Origin: an uncultured Clostridia bacterium
GTDB taxonomy: Bacteria; Bacillota; Clostridia; Oscillospirales; Ruminococcaceae
Length of the DNA stretch: 64,000 nucleotides
Direction: 5' to 3'
NCBI GenBank assembly: GCA_947589185.1
Contig: CANQCK010000002.1
Coordinates: 60,925 to 124,924 of the forward strand
The notes under the pieces are model-generated. The model made no database searches. It was not told the DNA's origin and was given only the letters and a program-made list of their open reading frames with translations. Shown here one piece after another: positions 60,581 to 64,000 of the stretch; the stretch's first letter is position 1; every line of letters begins with the position of its first letter. The position numbers and the translations under genes were made by a program.

Positions 60581-60811
60581 ATGGTATTTGATAAGGTAAA
60601 AGATATTATCGTAGATCAACTTGATGTTGACGAAGACAAGGTTACATTAGAGGCTTCTATTACGGAAGATTTAGGTGCAGATTCTCTTGACGTTGTTGAC
60701 TTAATTATGTCACTTGAAGAAGAATTTGATATTAAAATTCCAGATGAAGAAGTTGAGAATGTAAAAACTGTCGGCGATATTGTTAAGTTCATTGAAGAAA
60801 TAGATAATTAG
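60581..60811 (+). CDS. acpP: acyl carrier protein
   Basis: 76 aa with the LGADSLD phosphopantetheine site. Confidence 0.93.
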   Translation: MVFDKVKDIIVDQLDVDEDKVTLEASITEDLGADSLDVVDLIMSLEEEFDIKIPDEEVENVKTVGDIVKFIEEIDN

Positions 60812-60820
60812 TTTTATAAA

Positions 60821-60848
60821 AAAGCCCCGAATAAATCGGGGTTTTTTC
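60821..60848 (+). terminator. intrinsic terminator after acpP
   Basis: GCCCCGA-ATAAA-TCGGGG followed by T6. Confidence 0.8.
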
Positions 60849-61506
60849 TTTTGTAAATACCAATAAAATTACCGGGCTTCCAAAACGTTCTTATACTTGA
60901 TTTATAAGGCGGATCTTTGATACTAAAATTCACGAACAACTAAACATTCTTCCCAATTATCCCAAAACTATTGATAATCATTATTCTTACATAATTGATT
61001 ATCTTTCACCAAACTATGCCAGCCAGCCAAAAAATGACCGAAGTATCTCAATCCGCCAAATAAACCGTTTCAATGCAGAAGTCAAGTCACAGATTATAAT
61101 AGTACGGCATTTTTGTATTTTTAAGAATATTATTACTTCTTCTATCTGAAATTTACATACATTATATAACATTATTTGCATTTATGTCAAGGTTAAACAA
61201 TAAACTATTTTAATTTTTGTTTATTTGTTACAATTTACAATGATATTTTTTGGGTATTATGTCAGGTTATAACAACTAATGTCGATAATTGTTAAGAGAA
61301 CAAATAGAAAAATGTTATAATAATTAAAGATACCCTTAAACCGGCTCTTGATTTAAGCGGCATCTATTGAACATTCAAAGAATAAAAAAGTTCTATCATA
61401 AATTATTTTTACTTTTTTACAAAAAAATTTATAAAAATAAAGACAAATGCTTCTTTTTGTGTTATAATATATTTAAACATACAACTCTACAGAAAGGGTA
61501 ATACTC

Positions 61507-61911
61507 ATGATAAGAGAAAAATCCTGCGGAGCAGTCGTATATCGCAAATATCATGGGAACACCGAAATTTTGCTGATAAAGCACGTTAACAGCGGTCATT
61601 GGTCATTTCCAAAAGGCCATGTTGAAAAAGGCGAAACTGAAGTTCAAACTGCACATCGTGAAATTCTTGAAGAAACAAGTATTGACACTATAATTGACCC
61701 GACATTCAGGGAAACCGTTTCCTATTCACCTAAAAAGGATACTCACAAAATAGTGGTGTATTTTATTGCAAAAGCAAAGAATACAAACTTCATTCCTCAG
61801 GAGGAGGAAATCGCTGACGTCAGATGGATAGAAATTGACCGTGCCTGTTCGGTACTCACTTATGATAATGATAAGGGTATTGTTAATAAGGCCAAAAGTT
61901 TTTTAGGCTGA
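61507..61911 (+). CDS. NUDIX hydrolase
   Basis: Nudix box GHVEKGETEVQTAHREILEETS. Confidence 0.82.
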   Translation: MIREKSCGAVVYRKYHGNTEILLIKHVNSGHWSFPKGHVEKGETEVQTAHREILEETSIDTIIDPTFRETVSYSPKKDTHKIVVYFIAKAKNTNFIPQEEEIADVRWIEIDRACSVLTYDNDKGIVNKAKSFLG

Positions 61912-61934
61912 TCTGCAATTTTAAATAACTCAAG

Positions 61935-62231
61935 CTAAATGCTTGGGTTATTTTTTTCTTGTTCAGCGTTTTGAAGTTCCAGTTCCTTTCGATATGACGA
62001 AAGTATCTGCGATTCAAACTCTGACCTCACATCGCTGTTGATCGGATGAACTACATCTCTGAATATACCTTTTTCATCGCGTCTGCTGGGCATTGCAACA
62101 AAAAGTCTGTTTTCACCCTGTATAACCTTAATGTCATGTACGGCAAAAACATCATCAAGTGTTATGCTTACAACGCCTCTCAATTTTCCTGAATCCAATA
62201 GCTTTCTTATTTTAATGTCTGTTATTTTCAT
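61935..62231 (-). CDS. spoVG: septation/regulatory protein SpoVG
   Basis: MKITDIKIRK...FVAMPSRR, typical SpoVG sequence. The internal ATG 62231 is preferred over the ORF-track start. Confidence 0.9.
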   Translation of the reverse strand: MKITDIKIRKLLDSGKLRGVVSITLDDVFAVHDIKVIQGENRLFVAMPSRRDEKGIFRDVVHPINSDVRSEFESQILSSYRKELELQNAEQEKNNPSI

Positions 62232-62432
62232 ATGTCCTTGACCTTTCCTGTGCAAAATTAAACGACTTTTCTTGAATTTAATCTTAAAATGTCTGAAATC
62301 TGAATTTGCACACCTTTATTTAAAAATATTTTTGACCAAAGCTGTATTTTTATTCAAAAAGACTTTATTTTTATTTTAAAATGTTATATAATATATTAAA
62401 GAATATATGTTCATCATAAAGGAGCCTTCTTA

Positions 62433-63881
62433 ATGCAAAAACAAAACACAAAAATAAACTCAAATATTTTAGAAGGAAAAAAGCATATCCACTTTATCGG
62501 AATAGGCGGAAGCGGTATGTATCCGCTTGCACAAATTCTCCATTCAAAAGGGTATTACCTGACCGGCTCTGACAATAACGAAACCGAAACTCTCGACGCT
62601 GTGAGAAAAATGGGCATACCAGTTTTTATGGGTCAAAGAGCCGAAAATATAGAGGGTGCAGATTTAATTGTTCATACAGCAGCTATAATGTCCGATAATC
62701 CTGAACTTATAGCGTCTTATCAGAGCGGTGTTCCCGTTCTTGAAAGAAGCGAACTTCTAGGAATCGTGACAGAATGGTATAATAACGCAATATGTATTTC
62801 GGGAACTCACGGAAAAACAACTACAAGTTCTATGCTGACGCAAATCTTCATAGAAGAGGGAGTAGACCTTTCCTGCGTAATAGGCGGAAAGCTCCCATCA
62901 ATCGGCGGAAGCGGAAAAGCAGGGAGCAGTGATATAATGGTCTGCGAGGCGTGCGAATTTGTAGACACCTTTTTAAAGCTTTCGCCTGATGTTGCCGTAA
63001 TTTTAAACGTCGACGCTGACCACTTAGACTATTTCGGTACGCTTGATAATATAAAAAAGTCGTTTCATAAATTTGCTTCAAAAGCGTCAAAAGCACTTAT
63101 TATAAACGGTGATGACAAAAATACTCTTGACTCTATCAAAGGAATAGAAAAGGAAATAATAACTTTCGGCTTTGACAGAAAAAATGATTACTCCGCAGAA
63201 ATTAAAGAGATAAAAGGTCTTGAAACTGCTTTTGATCTTTACTTCAAGGGTAAAAAAGAATGTACTCTTTCAATACACGTTCCGGGTATTCATAACGTAC
63301 TAAATGCACTTGCAGCAATTGCCGCCGCAAGATATTCAGGCATTTCATACGACGGTATCGCTTTAGGGCTTCAAACATTTCGCGGTGCAATAAGACGTTT
63401 TCAGAAAATTGATGAAGTAAAGGGAATAACCGTCGTTGACGATTACGCTCATCACCCCGCAGAAATAGAAGTTACATTAACGGCAGCCAAAGCACTCGGT
63501 TTTAATAACGTATGGGCAGTATTTCAGCCCTTCACATATTCGAGAACCTCAATGCTCTTAGACGACTTTGTAAAGGCTCTTAAAATTGCCGATCACACAG
63601 TGCTGACTGATATTATGGGAAGCCGAGAGAAAAATACTGAAGGTATATATTCAAAGGATTTGGGCGAGAAGATTCCGAATTGCATCTGGTTTGATTCGCC
63701 TGAAGAAGTTCAAGACGCTCAAACAGCCGAGCAAAAGGAAAAAAATTTCGATCAGGTCGTAGATTATATATGCAAAAATGCAAAATCAGGTGATTTGGTT
63801 ATCACTCTCGGCTGCGGAGATGTTTATAAAGCGGCAAAAAAGCTGGTTCATAAGCTAAAAAATATTGACTGTAAAAATTAA
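62433..63881 (+). CDS. murC: UDP-N-acetylmuramate--L-alanine ligase
   Basis: HFIGIGGSGM and GTHGKTTTSSM; Mur ligase architecture. Confidence 0.92.
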   Translation: MQKQNTKINSNILEGKKHIHFIGIGGSGMYPLAQILHSKGYYLTGSDNNETETLDAVRKMGIPVFMGQRAENIEGADLIVHTAAIMSDNPELIASYQSGVPVLERSELLGIVTEWYNNAICISGTHGKTTTSSMLTQIFIEEGVDLSCVIGGKLPSIGGSGKAGSSDIMVCEACEFVDTFLKLSPDVAVILNVDADHLDYFGTLDNIKKSFHKFASKASKALIINGDDKNTLDSIKGIEKEIITFGFDRKNDYSAEIKEIKGLETAFDLYFKGKKECTLSIHVPGIHNVLNALAAIAAARYSGISYDGIALGLQTFRGAIRRFQKIDEVKGITVVDDYAHHPAEIEVTLTAAKALGFNNVWAVFQPFTYSRTSMLLDDFVKALKIADHTVLTDIMGSREKNTEGIYSKDLGEKIPNCIWFDSPEEVQDAQTAEQKEKNFDQVVDYICKNAKSGDLVITLGCGDVYKAAKKLVHKLKNIDCKN

Positions 63882-63931
63882 GTTCTTATAATTAAATTCA
63901 CAGTAAAGCTGACGAAAGGAAGATGATCATA

Positions 63932-64000
63932 TGAAAACACTCAGCGACAGAGATAAGCTCGTTTATAAATACATTAAAGAGCGTATTGAGGACGGTTATG
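63932..64000 (+). CDS. N-terminal fragment, possibly LexA-like winged-helix protein (continues past window)
   Basis: Good SD. MKTLSDRDKLVYKYIKERIEDGY resembles a LexA N-terminus, but only 23 aa are visible. Confidence 0.3.

Noticed and set aside
60870-61080. Possible IS/transposase C-terminal remnant (minus-strand frame reads ..RFIWRIEILRSFFGWLA-stop)
   Set aside because: The resemblance to IS5-type C-terminal motifs is vague. The frame is broken by stops within 20 codons and there are no terminal inverted repeats. It cannot be supported without BLASTX.

Overview
AT-rich Firmicutes (Clostridia-like) chromosomal window made up almost entirely of core housekeeping genes. Contents in order: aspS 3-prime end; a GntR/ABC-2 transporter operon; groES-groEL with a CIRCE operator; an OmpR-type two-component system; the complete rnfCDGEAB operon; an XRE regulator; a histidine phosphatase; nadE; an M50-like metalloprotease; an AEC transporter; a PanT-like ECF S-component with coaX; a HlyD-like adaptor with a ~990-aa FtsX permease; a fucA/FGGY-kinase/fucI operon; alr; zapA; a U32 peptidase; an alanine/glycine symporter; a YdbS/YdbT-like PH-domain pair; tRNA-Met and tRNA-Glu; a rubredoxin missed by the ORF track; a GH5 glycosidase; a second two-component system; ptsI; a BclA-like collagen-repeat protein with a GT2-TPR glycosyltransferase; a Rieske/FAD oxidoreductase; a full type II fatty-acid synthesis cluster (fabD divergent, then fabH-fabK-fabG-fabF-accB-fabZ-accC-accD-accA-acpP); NUDIX; spoVG; murC. 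I see no CRISPR array, integrase, transposase, phage genes or recognisable defence system. The signals worth a second look are at the nucleotide level. (1) A recurrent SD-hairpin-AUG cassette with a conserved stem sequence sits in front of five unrelated genes. (2) Downstream of tRNA-Glu there is an array of tRNA 3-prime fragments, two 136-bp direct repeats and reiterated terminators. (3) A short GNRA-capped hairpin motif is shared by four loci, including one directly after the groEL stop codon. (4) An orphan promoter, structured RNA and terminator lie upstream of a small zinc-ribbon gene. All functional readings of these are inference and need computation or experiment.
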